64,000 nucleotides of DNA from Candidatus Dormibacteria bacterium (GCA_046703825.1 JBJKSO010000075.1:19760-83759); one strand, 5' to 3'. Counted from the stretch's first letter, positions 18,681-27,800 are shown. Notes: a model not told the origin generated them from the letters alone. Translations and numbers: made by a program.

Positions 18681-19220
18681 GTGCGCTTCTGGAGTGGGCA
18701 AGTGGCGGAATCCGAGCGGCGCCGGAGCCATTACAACTGGACCGCGGACGAGCTAGTCTCCCAGTTTGAGCGATTGAGGCAGCACTTCAGCGCCCTGCTG
18801 GATGCCCCTATACCAGTAGATAACTCCCGGGGCGAAGAAGCTGTCACCGCCCGTCAACTCGACGCGCTACGGGTGATCGAGCCCGGCCGCACCACCATGC
18901 GAAAGGTGGCCACCCTGCTGGGCATATCACACGGATCGGCCACTTCGATCTCAGACCGGTTGGTGCGGGCAGGGCTCGCCGAGCGCCAGTTTGACGACAG
19001 TGATCGGAGGCTCGTCTACCTCGTCATCACCGACGACGGGCGCTCGGTGCTGGAGCAGGCTCGCGAGCGCCAGACGCGCGCCATCGCCGCCGTGTCGCAA
19101 AGGCTGGACGGTCGTCTGGTGCCGGTCGGAGACTGTGCGGCCGAGTTGCTGGAGCTGCTGGCGGATACGGCCGAGGAACTCTCGGCCGACGACAGCGCCG
19201 CGGAGGCGCACTCCTCCTAG
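18681..19220 (+). CDS. MarR-family transcriptional regulator
   Basis: winged-helix region (TARQLDALRVIEPGRTTMRKVATLLGISHGSATSISDRLVRAGLAERQFDDSDRRLVYLVITDDGRSV). Confidence 0.75.
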   Translation: MRFWSGQVAESERRRSHYNWTADELVSQFERLRQHFSALLDAPIPVDNSRGEEAVTARQLDALRVIEPGRTTMRKVATLLGISHGSATSISDRLVRAGLAERQFDDSDRRLVYLVITDDGRSVLEQARERQTRAIAAVSQRLDGRLVPVGDCAAELLELLADTAEELSADDSAAEAHSS

Positions 19221-19463
19221 AGTTCGCGCCTTACCGCTTGCCGAAGTTGTTCCAACCGTTGCCGACCAACTCCACGAGTCAAGGATGGAAATGCGATGGG
19301 CGGGACCCGCCGACCCGCCAGAAGCGCAGCACCGTGCTGGGGCTGGTTCCCGCCCGCCGGGTGACGATACGGAGCCGCGGGCGGTTAGCCCGGCTCGGTT
19401 GTCAGCACGCCTGGCATTGGCCCTACCATCCCCGTGAACTGATCGTGCCGGAGGCGAAACAGG

Positions 19464-19928
19464 ATGAGCCAAGACAAGGGCGCCCCCAGACCGGCGCCCC
19501 GCACCAGAGGCGGAGAACCCACTTCGTTGACCGCCGAGGAGCGGGCAGCGATGAAGGAGACGGTCAACGAGCGCAGGCGCTATCGCTCGGGTGTGGCGGA
19601 TGGAGAAGGCGACGTGATGGCCAAGATCGCCGAGATGGCCGAACCCGATCGGGCCATGGCGGAGCGGCTCCACGCCCTCGTCAAGGCCAGCGCGCCGGAT
19701 CTGGCTCCGAGAACCTGGTACGGGATGCCCGCTTATACCAAGGACGGCAAGGTGGTCTGCTTCTTCCAGAGTGGCGAGAAGTTCAAATCGAGATACGCGA
19801 CGTTCGGTTTCCAGCAAGCTGCCAACCTCGACGACGGGGACATTTGGCCAACCTCATTCGCACTGAAGCGCCTAACCGCCGCCGTTGAAGAGAGGATCGG
19901 CCAGCTTGTAAAAAGGGCTGCCAGCTGA
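19464..19928 (+). CDS. DUF1801 (YdhG-like) domain protein
   Basis: 154 aa; [26 protein letters not shown] pattern of the DUF1801 family. Confidence 0.6.
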   Translation: MSQDKGAPRPAPRTRGGEPTSLTAEERAAMKETVNERRRYRSGVADGEGDVMAKIAEMAEPDRAMAERLHALVKASAPDLAPRTWYGMPAYTKDGKVVCFFQSGEKFKSRYATFGFQQAANLDDGDIWPTSFALKRLTAAVEERIGQLVKRAAS

Positions 19929-20635
19929 GACGACGACTCTAGTTGGCTTGGCAGCGCGAGCGCCCACCCAGGCGGCGTCGGAACTGTTCGCCTTTGCCCC
20001 AACGCATACTCCGAGCCTCGCCCGACCGGAAACAGCCGGCTCCTCCCCTCGACCAGCACCCGAGAGTCTCCCAGGCTTCCGTCGAACGGATGACCTCGAG
20101 GTGGGGGGAAACCATCGTGGCCGACGCAACATCCAACAGCGGCGCAGTGCCGCGGGCGTGGTGGTCGGCCGATCCCTGAGGAGTCGCCCCTATCGGCGCC
20201 CGGTCGGCCTGGATCTACTTGGCATACTCTTGGACCATGACCGCGGAGCGCACGCATTGACCGCGGCCCTCGGCTTCGGGTTGGGCACGCACGGTGTTGT
20301 TGAGCGGCCCCTGATCCAGGCGGACCTGGGCCAAGACGCGCCGGTGCGGCGACCGGGACAACTCCTGAGCCAGCGCGTCCGGGGCTCCTCGTCCCCGGTT
20401 CAGCTCACCGGTGGCCGCGCCAAAATCATGCGCTGCCAAAACTTGGGAATCGCTGACGTCGCTGACCTGGCGGGAGCGCCTACCGACATGGGCAGGTCCA
20501 TGAAGCCCGCTGTCCCGAACGGGTGGCAATCTCTTGCCCGTTGTCGGTACTTGAAGTGGGCCCTCCGGAATGCTCGAGCCAGGGACAGCGGCGCGCAGTT
20601 GCTAGAAATGCGGGTAAGTCGCTGGTACCAAACGC

Positions 20636-20711
20636 GCCCTCGTAGCTCAGGGGATAGAGCAGCGGTTTCCTAAACCGCGTGTCGGAGGTTCGAGTCCTTC
20701 CGGGGGCACCA
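20636..20711 (+). tRNA. tRNA-Arg (anticodon CCT), CCA encoded
   Basis: Hand-folded cloverleaf: acceptor GCCCTCG/CGGGGGC, D-arm GCTC-AGGGGATA-GAGC, anticodon stem GCGGT/ACCGC with loop TTCCTAA, T-arm GGAGG-TTCGAGT-CCTTC, then discriminator A and CCA. Confidence 0.85.
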
Positions 20712-20721
20712 CGTTTTGAAT

Positions 20722-21585
20722 TCAGTGAACGCCCCGCACGACCCCCTCGACCGGCGGCCGGCTGCTCCGGGGGCTGCCAAGACGGCCCCAGACGACCCTG
20801 AGCCCCAACCCAGTGGCAAGGTCAGCCGCCTGCCCTAGACCGGCACCCAACTGCTCTGGGGAGTGAGCATCGCTGCCGATCGTCACCTGAGTCCCGCCCG
20901 CCTCGCGCCACCAGCTCAGCACTTCGGGGCTAGGGCACAATCCCTGGTCCCAGGTAAGGCCCCCGCTGGTGTTGAGCTCCAGTACAACCCCGCAGCTGAC
21001 CGCGGTCTGCAGCACCGCGCGGATTTGATCCTCGTGATCGGTCGACCGGTATTTCGGCCAGCGCCGCGGCCAGTAGCGTCTGAAGTACTCGAGGTGGGTG
21101 AGAACCTGGAACTCCACGGGTCCCGTTAGGAGCTGGGCCACCTCGTCCAGGTAGCTCTCGACCGTCACCCGGGGATCCCCCCAACCCTCGCCCTCCAATC
21201 CACTCAGGTCCGCCAGCTGATGCTCGTTTTCCACGCGATGAACTGAGCCAAGCACCAGGTCGAAATCGGCGCTGGCCAGTAGGGCGGTCGATGCCTCGGC
21301 GAACCGGTGCGGCTCACCAAGCTCCACCCCTTTGAGGACGAGCAACTTCGGGTAGCGGGAGCGGCAGCGCTCGATCGAGTCCAGGTAGCCATCCAGGTCA
21401 AACGCAGCTGCATCCCCCTCCGGGAGATGATCTGCGTGCTCCGTGAAGGCCAGGCCGCCCAATCCCGCCTGCTCGGCCATCTGGCAGGTTCCTAGCATCG
21501 AGCCCTGACGAGCGTCCCACGACCACTCAGAGTGGACGTGGGAATCGAACCCGATCTGGGCGCGGCCGGCGGGGCTCACCGGCAT
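20722..21585 (-). CDS. PHP-family histidinol-phosphatase (HisK-like)
   Basis: MPVSPAGRAQIGFDSHVHSEWSWDA..FTEHADH..HLEYF..IGSDAHS PHP metal-binding motifs. ATG at 21585 overlaps the hisA stop by 10 nt. Upstream 95 aa of the ORF is shadow. Confidence 0.75.
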   Translation of the reverse strand: MPVSPAGRAQIGFDSHVHSEWSWDARQGSMLGTCQMAEQAGLGGLAFTEHADHLPEGDAAAFDLDGYLDSIERCRSRYPKLLVLKGVELGEPHRFAEASTALLASADFDLVLGSVHRVENEHQLADLSGLEGEGWGDPRVTVESYLDEVAQLLTGPVEFQVLTHLEYFRRYWPRRWPKYRSTDHEDQIRAVLQTAVSCGVVLELNTSGGLTWDQGLCPSPEVLSWWREAGGTQVTIGSDAHSPEQLGAGLGQAADLATGLGLRVVWGRLGSPRSSRPPVEGVVRGVH

Positions 21586-22286
21586 GCCTTCACAGCTTCT
21601 GCCAGGGACATCCGCCGTTCCAGAAGCGCCCTTCCGATCACCACACCTTCCAATCCTGCTGACTTCAGCGCGCTTAGATCGGCCAGGGCGCCGACGCCGC
21701 CGGCGGCAATCACCGGCACCCCCAGCTGGGACAGCGCGTGCAGTGAACCGACCCGACTGCCGGAGAGGGTCCCGTCCCGTGACACATTGGTGTGAATGAG
21801 GCGTCTCACCCCGGCGTCGATGGCTTGCCGCGCACCCTCCAGCAGACTGAGTCCGCTGGCCTGGGTCCATCCCCGCACCAGCAAGCGCGAGCCGCGTGAG
21901 TCGAGGCTCACCGCCACCTGCTCCCCGAACTTGGCGACGAGCCGCTCCAGCCAGGCGGGTCGCTCCAGCGCCGCAGTGCCGACCACGACCCGTTGGACAC
22001 CGGAGTCGATCATGGCGGCGACCGCCGAACAGCTACGGGCGCCACCGCCGACTTGAATCCGCAACCCAGAGCAGCGCACCAGCTGCTGCACCAGGTTCAG
22101 GTGCCTCCAAGTCCCGTCCCGAGCTCCGTCCAAGTCGACAACGTGCAACCACTCGGCGCCTTCCTGCCAGTACCGCTCCGCGAGGTCCAGAGGAGTGAAA
22201 GGGTACGAGAGCACGCGGTCATACCTGCCTTGCACCAGGCGCACCGGGCGCCCTCCCAGGAGGTCGACCGCCGGAAGGATCAGCAC
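21576..22286 (-). CDS. hisA: 1-(5-phosphoribosyl)-5-[(5-phosphoribosylamino)methylideneamino]imidazole-4-carboxamide isomerase
   Basis: 236 aa; MLILPAVDLLGGRPVRLVQG..VGGGARS..TNVSRDGTLSG..IAAGGV HisA motifs. Confidence 0.9.
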   Translation of the reverse strand: MLILPAVDLLGGRPVRLVQGRYDRVLSYPFTPLDLAERYWQEGAEWLHVVDLDGARDGTWRHLNLVQQLVRCSGLRIQVGGGARSCSAVAAMIDSGVQRVVVGTAALERPAWLERLVAKFGEQVAVSLDSRGSRLLVRGWTQASGLSLLEGARQAIDAGVRRLIHTNVSRDGTLSGSRVGSLHALSQLGVPVIAAGGVGALADLSALKSAGLEGVVIGRALLERRMSLAEAVKACR

Positions 22287-22346
22287 CTCAATTGGGCTGG
22301 CTGGAGGTGACCCCAGCCCGCGGCGTCCATTTGGTGGTGGCCGTGT

Positions 22347-22364
22347 CGTGCTAGCACGCTAGTA
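22347..22364. promoter_or_regulatory. CTAG-containing palindrome CGTGCTAGCACG plus adjacent CTAGTA: candidate operator for the YerC/TrpR-like regulator
   Basis: 12-bp perfect palindrome 17-28 nt upstream of the regulator's GTG start, in the 88-bp hisA/regulator divergent intergenic; Trp-repressor-type operators are built from CTAG half-sites. Confidence 0.35.
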
Positions 22365-22374
22365 TGCTAATGCC

Positions 22375-22692
22375 GTGGAGCAAAGCTCTGGAGCCGACCC
22401 TTCCACGGAGAGTGACGCCCAGTTCCGGGACCTGGTCCGGGCCATCGCCTCCGTCCAGAGCGAGGAGGAGGCGGCGGCTTTCCTCCGAGACCTTTGCACC
22501 GTTCAGGAACTCCAGGCCCTCGGCTCCCGATGGTTGGTGGCGCGGCTGCTGGATCGGGGAATGCATTACAGCGCCGTGGCCGAGCAGACTGGGGCCAGCC
22601 CCACCACCATCAGCCGCGTCAACACCTGGCTTCGGTACGGCCGCGGCGGCTATCGCACGATGCTGGCCCGTTGGTCCGAGCGCGGCTGGTGA
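22375..22692 (+). CDS. TrpR-like DNA-binding protein, YerC/YecD family
   Basis: 105 aa, GTG start; FRDLVRAIASVQSEEEAAAFLRDLCTVQELQALGSRWLVARLLDRGMHYSAVAEQTGASPTTISRV matches the YerC/YecD Trp-repressor-like family. Confidence 0.8.
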   Translation: MEQSSGADPSTESDAQFRDLVRAIASVQSEEEAAAFLRDLCTVQELQALGSRWLVARLLDRGMHYSAVAEQTGASPTTISRVNTWLRYGRGGYRTMLARWSERGW

Positions 22693-22724
22693 GACCCGCA
22701 CAGGGCGGAGAACTCCGAGTCCGC

Positions 22725-23567
22725 ATGGCGTTGCCCAGCAAGGGCAGGCTCGCAGAACCTGCTCTGGCTCTGGTCCGCGACGCGGGTTTGGAACTGGAGG
22801 TGGGGGAGCGCAGACTGTTCACGCCCTGCCGGAACTTCCCACTCGACGTGCTCTTTGTCAGGGCCAATGACATTCCCGAGCATGTGCGAGACGGGATCGT
22901 CGACCTTGGCATCACTGGCACGGACCTGATCGAGGAGGCCGGGCTGCCGCTGAAGCGTGGGCCCAAGCTGGGCTTTGGCGCGTGCAGGCTGCAGGTGGCG
23001 GTCCCCGCCCAGGGCGCGGTCTCGCGTCTCGAGGACCTGGCAGGGGCCCGGGTGGCAACCTCGCACCCGCGTCTCACGCTGGCGTACTTCGAGCGCAGGG
23101 GGGTGGCGGTGCGCTTGGTCGCCGTCGCTGGCTCGGTGGAGGCCACCCCCCTGCTGGGAGTGGCCGACGCGATCGGCGACCTGGTGTCCACCGGGAGCAC
23201 CCTGGCTGCCAACGGCCTGCGCCCGGTGGAGACGATCCTGGACTCCGAGGCCGAGCTGATCCTGACTCCCAGTGTGCGTGCAGCCACCTCGGATCTGGTC
23301 GACCGGGTTCAGCTGATGTTGGCCAGCGTCTCGGAGGCGCGCCGCAAGCGCTACGTCATGATGAACGCGCCCACCGAGTCCGTGGGGGCCATTCGGGAAC
23401 TCCTGCCGGGTCTGGCCGCCCCCACCGTCATGCCGTTGGCACAGCCCGAGATGGTGGCCATCCACGTCGCGGTTGACGTCGATCAGGTATGGGCCGTGCT
23501 CGCCCGCCTGCGCGAGATGGGAGCGTCGTCCATCCTGGTCCTGCCCGTGGAGCAGCTGCTGCCTTGA
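22725..23567 (+). CDS. hisG: ATP phosphoribosyltransferase, long form with C-terminal regulatory domain
   Basis: ATG 22725 (MALPSKGRLAEPALALVRDAGL), ..GITGTDLIEE..VATSHPRLTLAYFERRGVAVRLV.., 280 aa. Confidence 0.9.
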   Translation: MALPSKGRLAEPALALVRDAGLELEVGERRLFTPCRNFPLDVLFVRANDIPEHVRDGIVDLGITGTDLIEEAGLPLKRGPKLGFGACRLQVAVPAQGAVSRLEDLAGARVATSHPRLTLAYFERRGVAVRLVAVAGSVEATPLLGVADAIGDLVSTGSTLAANGLRPVETILDSEAELILTPSVRAATSDLVDRVQLMLASVSEARRKRYVMMNAPTESVGAIRELLPGLAAPTVMPLAQPEMVAIHVAVDVDQVWAVLARLREMGASSILVLPVEQLLP

Positions 23568-25858
23568 GGGAAGTCCGGCCGCTGCCCCCTCCCGGCCGGG
23601 AATGGCTGGGCGCCCGGGCCGTTGCCGCGTTGGATGGCAGCGGCGACATCGGTCGGATTGTCAACCGGGTACGGCAGGGAGGCGACGCCGCTCTGCGAGA
23701 GCTGACATTGGGGCTAGACGGCGTCGAGATCACCAGCCCGCGGGTGGCCGGCTCGGAGATCGATTTCGCCTGGAGCCGACTGCCGGCGGAAGACCAGGCG
23801 GCACTGCGCGGCGCCGCTGAGCGTATCGCCGCGGTGGCGATGGGCCAGCGCTTCTCGGAGGAGGAGTCGACGCCAGCCCGCGGCCTCAGGGTCTGGCGGG
23901 AGTGGCGTCCACTGCAAAGGGTTGGGCTCTACGTTCCCGGTGGGAGAGCTCCCTACCCCTCCTCGGTCCTCATGCTGGCGGTGCCGGCAAGTGTTGCCGG
24001 TTGTCGGGAGATCGTGCTGTGCTCTCCACCGGGCTCGGACGGCCGCGTTAACCCCCTCGTCCTGGCGGCCGCGCACATCGCTGGCGTCACTGAGGTCTAC
24101 GCGATGGGAGGCGCCCAGGCCATCGCGGCGTTGGCGTACGGGACAGAGAGCGTGGCCCCAGTGGAGAAGATCTTTGGCCCCGGCAACCGCCACGTTACGG
24201 CGGCGAAGCGGTTGGTATCGAGCGACGTAGCCATCGACATGCCCGCGGGCCCTTCGGAAGTGGCGTTGATCTCGGACGGTTGCGCACCCCCACAGTGGCT
24301 GGCGGCCGATCTAGACGCGCAGAGCGAGCACGCTCCCGATGCCATAGGCGTGTTGGTGTCCACCAACCTCGGCCACGCGGAGGCGGTGAGCCAGCTGGTC
24401 CTCCGACCGGACCAAGTGGCGATTTTCCTCGCCCCAAGCCTTCCCGCTGCGGTCGAATTCGTCAATGGCTTCGGCCCCGAGCACCTCATCTTGGCCTGCC
24501 GCAATCCAGAGGATTTGCTCGCCGATGTGCGGAGCGTCGGCTCGGTTTTCCTGGGATCCGGTGCCCCGGCCGCCGCCGGTGACTACGCCACCGGCGCCAC
24601 TCACGTGCTGCCAACCGGCGGTGCGTCGCGCAGCTTCAGCGCATTGGGGCTGGACGCTTTTGGGCACACCATCCAGGTCCAGGCTATTACCCCCCTCGGG
24701 CTGCAGGGCCTCGCGCCAATCGCGGTTGGCCTGGCCGCCGCCGAGGGGTTTGTGGACCACGCTCGCTCGGTGTCAATTCGCCTTCGGCCACCCGACAGCG
24801 AGCCCACCCCGAGTCCGCTTCCGCGCCTTGGGGTCCGCAACCTCGATCCGTACGAATGGGAGCCCTCCAGCGCGGCCGTGGCCCGCCGCGCCGGCATCCG
24901 CGAAAAGGACGTAGTCCGATTCGACACCAATACCAGCTGGTGGGAGCTGGTCAGTAGCAGCGAGATAGCGGAGCTGGAGCTCGCGGAATACCCTGACTCC
25001 GGCTACGAGGCGCTGGTCCGCCGCATTCAAGACTACGTTGGCGTGCCCGGCACCGCGGTCACGGTGGGCGCGGGAGCCGACGAACTCTTGGACCTAATCG
25101 CCCGCACTTTCGTGGGCCGTAACCATCCAGTAGTGGTCCCCGCCCCCAGCTACCCCATGTTCCGATTGGTGGCCCGCGCAGCCGGCGCCGACGTGATCGA
25201 GGTCCCTGCAGATGATCAGGGCGAACTGGCCAGGCGGTCAGCGCGGGCTCAGGTGACCTTCCTGTGCAACCCCAACAACCCCACCGGAACGGCGGTTTCC
25301 AACCAATTCATCGCCGAGTTGGCCGAGACGACGCCGGGACTGGTGGTGGTTGATGAGGCGTACTTCGAGTTCTACGGCACCAGCTCCGCGGGCATGGTCG
25401 TTGCTCATCCCAACCTCGTTGTGGTGCGCACCCTGAGTAAGGCGTTTGGCCTTGCCAGTGCCCGGGTCGGCTACTCGGTCTCCTCGCCAGACGTCGGATC
25501 AGCCCTGGCCCGGCTGCGCGCCCCCGCGAGTGTGGCTGCCACCTCATCCGCACTTGCCTGCCTCGCACTCGCGAGAGCGGATCTCATGCGGTCTCGGGTC
25601 CGCGAGTTGAGGGCGGCGCGAACCGAATTGGCCGACCGGATTCTGCAACTGGGGATCCCCGTGCGCACAACAGACACCAACTTTCTGCTGGTCGGCACGA
25701 CACCTGGACGGGTCCAACGGCTGCTTCGCAAGGGACTGGTCGTGCGGACTCTCGCCGCCGACTCCGGGCTAGGGGACTGGATGCGGGTAACGGTGAGGTC
25801 GGTGTCTGAAAACACCCGCCTTCTGGACGCGCTGGCCGAGGACCGAGATGCAACCTGA
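23564..25858 (+). CDS. hisD-hisC: fused histidinol dehydrogenase / histidinol-phosphate aminotransferase (single ORF)
   Basis: One uninterrupted reading frame. aa 40-460 carry HisD motifs (GLYVPGGRAPYPSSVLMLAVPASVAGC, GGAQAIAALAYGTESVAPVEKIFGPGN). aa 470-789 carry HisC motifs (CNPNNPTG, VVVDEAYFEF, VRTLSKAFGLASARVGYSV). TTG at 23564 overlaps the hisG stop (TTGA). Confidence 0.85.
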   Translation: MREVRPLPPPGREWLGARAVAALDGSGDIGRIVNRVRQGGDAALRELTLGLDGVEITSPRVAGSEIDFAWSRLPAEDQAALRGAAERIAAVAMGQRFSEEESTPARGLRVWREWRPLQRVGLYVPGGRAPYPSSVLMLAVPASVAGCREIVLCSPPGSDGRVNPLVLAAAHIAGVTEVYAMGGAQAIAALAYGTESVAPVEKIFGPGNRHVTAAKRLVSSDVAIDMPAGPSEVALISDGCAPPQWLAADLDAQSEHAPDAIGVLVSTNLGHAEAVSQLVLRPDQVAIFLAPSLPAAVEFVNGFGPEHLILACRNPEDLLADVRSVGSVFLGSGAPAAAGDYATGATHVLPTGGASRSFSALGLDAFGHTIQVQAITPLGLQGLAPIAVGLAAAEGFVDHARSVSIRLRPPDSEPTPSPLPRLGVRNLDPYEWEPSSAAVARRAGIREKDVVRFDTNTSWWELVSSSEIAELELAEYPDSGYEALVRRIQDYVGVPGTAVTVGAGADELLDLIARTFVGRNHPVVVPAPSYPMFRLVARAAGADVIEVPADDQGELARRSARAQVTFLCNPNNPTGTAVSNQFIAELAETTPGLVVVDEAYFEFYGTSSAGMVVAHPNLVVVRTLSKAFGLASARVGYSVSSPDVGSALARLRAPASVAATSSALACLALARADLMRSRVRELRAARTELADRILQLGIPVRTTDTNFLLVGTTPGRVQRLLRKGLVVRTLAADSGLGDWMRVTVRSVSENTRLLDALAEDRDAT

Positions 25859-26441
25859 CCGCCGGGCGGAGGTCAGGCGGCGGACCAAAGAGTCCGAGGT
25901 TTCGGCCCGGTTGGTGCTCGACGGTCGGGCCCAGGCTTTGGTCCGCACCGGTATCGGCCTGCTGGATCATCTGCTCGAGTCGCTGGCGGTCCACGCCGGC
26001 TTCGACCTCGAGTTGCAGGCCCAGGGAGATCTCCACGTCGATGCGCACCACACGACGGAAGACGTGGCGATAGTGCTGGGACAGGCGCTGGCCCAGGCGC
26101 TGGCGTCGGGGCCAGCGCCTGAGCGCTTCGGCGACGCCACCGTGCCCATGGACGAGAGCCTGGCGTCGGCGGCCGTCGACTGCTCCGGCCGCGGTGTGGC
26201 CGTACTGAACCTGGACCTTCCCGGGCCCGGCGACGGCACCGTCCCGACCTCCCTCTTCGAACACTTCTTCGACAGCCTGGCTCGCTCCAGTGGGGTCAAT
26301 CTTCACCTGGCCGCCGGTGGCCGGGATCGCCACCATGTCCTGGAGGCGACATTCAAAGCTTTGGCCCGCGCTCTGCGCCAGGCGGTGCGCGTTGACGACA
26401 GCGTGCAGCCCCGACCGACTAGCACCAAAGAGCTGCCGTGA
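25848..26441 (+). CDS. hisB: imidazoleglycerol-phosphate dehydratase
   Basis: 197 aa; TKESEVSARLVLDG..GIGLLDHLLESLAVHAGFDLELQAQGDLHVDAHHTTEDVAIVLGQA IGPD motifs; overlaps hisDC end by 11 nt. Confidence 0.9.
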   Translation: MQPDRRAEVRRRTKESEVSARLVLDGRAQALVRTGIGLLDHLLESLAVHAGFDLELQAQGDLHVDAHHTTEDVAIVLGQALAQALASGPAPERFGDATVPMDESLASAAVDCSGRGVAVLNLDLPGPGDGTVPTSLFEHFFDSLARSSGVNLHLAAGGRDRHHVLEATFKALARALRQAVRVDDSVQPRPTSTKELP

Positions 26442-27043
26442 TCGGACTGGTGCAGCACCGGGTCGGCAATGTGGCGAGCGTCGCCCATGCCCTGGACCGA
26501 CTGGGAGAGCCCTGGCTCTACGTTCGGCGCCCGGCCCAGCTGCGCCTAGTGGACGCCGTGATCATGCCCGGAGTCGGGGCGGCCCGGGCCGCCATTGCCG
26601 AGCTGAGGGTCAACGACATGGACTCGGCCCTGCTGGAATTCATCTCGGGCGGCCGTCCCTATCTGGGGATCTGTCTTGGACTCCAGATCCTCTTCGCTGC
26701 CAGCCAGGAGGGCTCCGCACCGGGGCTGGGCGTGATCGCAGGCGATGTCCGGCGCCTCCCCTCGGCGGCGAAGGTTCCCCACGTTGGCTGGAACACAATC
26801 GAGGCCTCGCCTGCCAGCTCGCTGCTGGCGGGGATGGACGGAGTCGCCTTCTACTTTGCCCACTCTTTCGCGGCGGTGCCAGCGCAGGCGGCGGTGGTGG
26901 CGGCTACGACGCGGCACGGCTTGCCCTTTGTGAGCGCAGTAGAACAGGGCAGCCTCTTCGGCGTTCAGTTCCACCCCGAGCGTAGCGGCCAGGCGGGCGC
27001 CCGGCTTTTGGCGCGCTTCTCGCAGCTGGTCAGGGCCGCCTGA
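26438..27043 (+). CDS. hisH: imidazole glycerol phosphate synthase, glutaminase subunit
   Basis: 201 aa; class-I GATase triad context GICLGLQILF..H..E; GTGA overlap with hisB. Confidence 0.9.
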   Translation: MIGLVQHRVGNVASVAHALDRLGEPWLYVRRPAQLRLVDAVIMPGVGAARAAIAELRVNDMDSALLEFISGGRPYLGICLGLQILFAASQEGSAPGLGVIAGDVRRLPSAAKVPHVGWNTIEASPASSLLAGMDGVAFYFAHSFAAVPAQAAVVAATTRHGLPFVSAVEQGSLFGVQFHPERSGQAGARLLARFSQLVRAA

Positions 27044-27044
27044 C

Positions 27045-27800
27045 ATGGTGTTCAAACGCGTCATCCCGTGCCTCGACGTAGCGTGCGGGCGAGTGGTCAA
27101 GGGCAGGCGGTTCCGTGAGCTTTCGGACCAGGGGGACCCCGCGGCCATGGCCCGCCGCTACGCCGACGAGGGTGCGGACGAGCTCGTGCTGTTGGAGATT
27201 GACGCCACCCCAGAAGGCAGGCGAACCACCCTGCAACTGGTCGAGAAGGTGGCGCGGGAGCTGCCCATCCCCTTCACGGTCGGCGGAGGGGTGCGCACCA
27301 CCGAGGACTTCACCCGGATCGTGCAGGCGGGAGCCGACAAAGTCAGCATCCAAACCGCAGCGGTGCGGGACCCTCAGCTGATCGCCGCAGCGGCGCAGCG
27401 CTTCGGGTCGCAGTGTGTGGTGGTCGCCATCGACGCCCGCCGCACCCCTGCGGGCTGGGAAGTGCTCATCGGGGGGGCCAGGGAAGAAACTCGGCTGGAA
27501 GCGGTGTCGTTTGCAGCCCGCGCCGCCAGCCTGGGAGCGGGCGAGATCCTGCTCACGAGCGTCGACGCCGACGGTGTGCGGCACGGCTACGACCTGGCGC
27601 TCACCCGGGCGGTGGCAGCGGCGGTACCTGTACCAGTGATCGCCTCTGGAGGGGCCGGGGGACCCGCTGATCTGGCCACGGTGCTCACGACGGGCGGAGC
27701 CGACGCAGCACTGGTAGCGTCAATCGTCCACGATGGAACCTGGTCCATCGCAGGCCTGAAAGGCGCCCTGCTGGCCTTGGGTATCGGCGTGCGACCGTGA
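27045..27800 (+). CDS. hisF: imidazole glycerol phosphate synthase, cyclase subunit
   Basis: 251 aa; RVIPCLDV..GRVVKG..GADELVLLEIDAT..FTVGGGVRT..GADKVSI. Confidence 0.95.
   Translation: MVFKRVIPCLDVACGRVVKGRRFRELSDQGDPAAMARRYADEGADELVLLEIDATPEGRRTTLQLVEKVARELPIPFTVGGGVRTTEDFTRIVQAGADKVSIQTAAVRDPQLIAAAAQRFGSQCVVVAIDARRTPAGWEVLIGGAREETRLEAVSFAARAASLGAGEILLTSVDADGVRHGYDLALTRAVAAAVPVPVIASGGAGGPADLATVLTTGGADAALVASIVHDGTWSIAGLKGALLALGIGVRP

Noticed and set aside
20636-20711. tRNA-Arg and tRNA-Gly flanks examined for genomic-island signatures (integrase, direct repeats of the tRNA 3' end).
   Set aside because: No integrase, recombinase or transposase-like ORF and no duplicated tRNA 3' segment found. 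Neighbouring genes are housekeeping (his, hemerythrin, mrfAB).
22364-22870. 168-aa plus-strand ORF beginning with the ATG at 22364 that overlaps the YerC-like gene and hisG start.
   Set aside because: It is out of frame with both recognisable genes and has a low-complexity translation. The YerC-like protein is read in the adjacent frame from GTG 22375.
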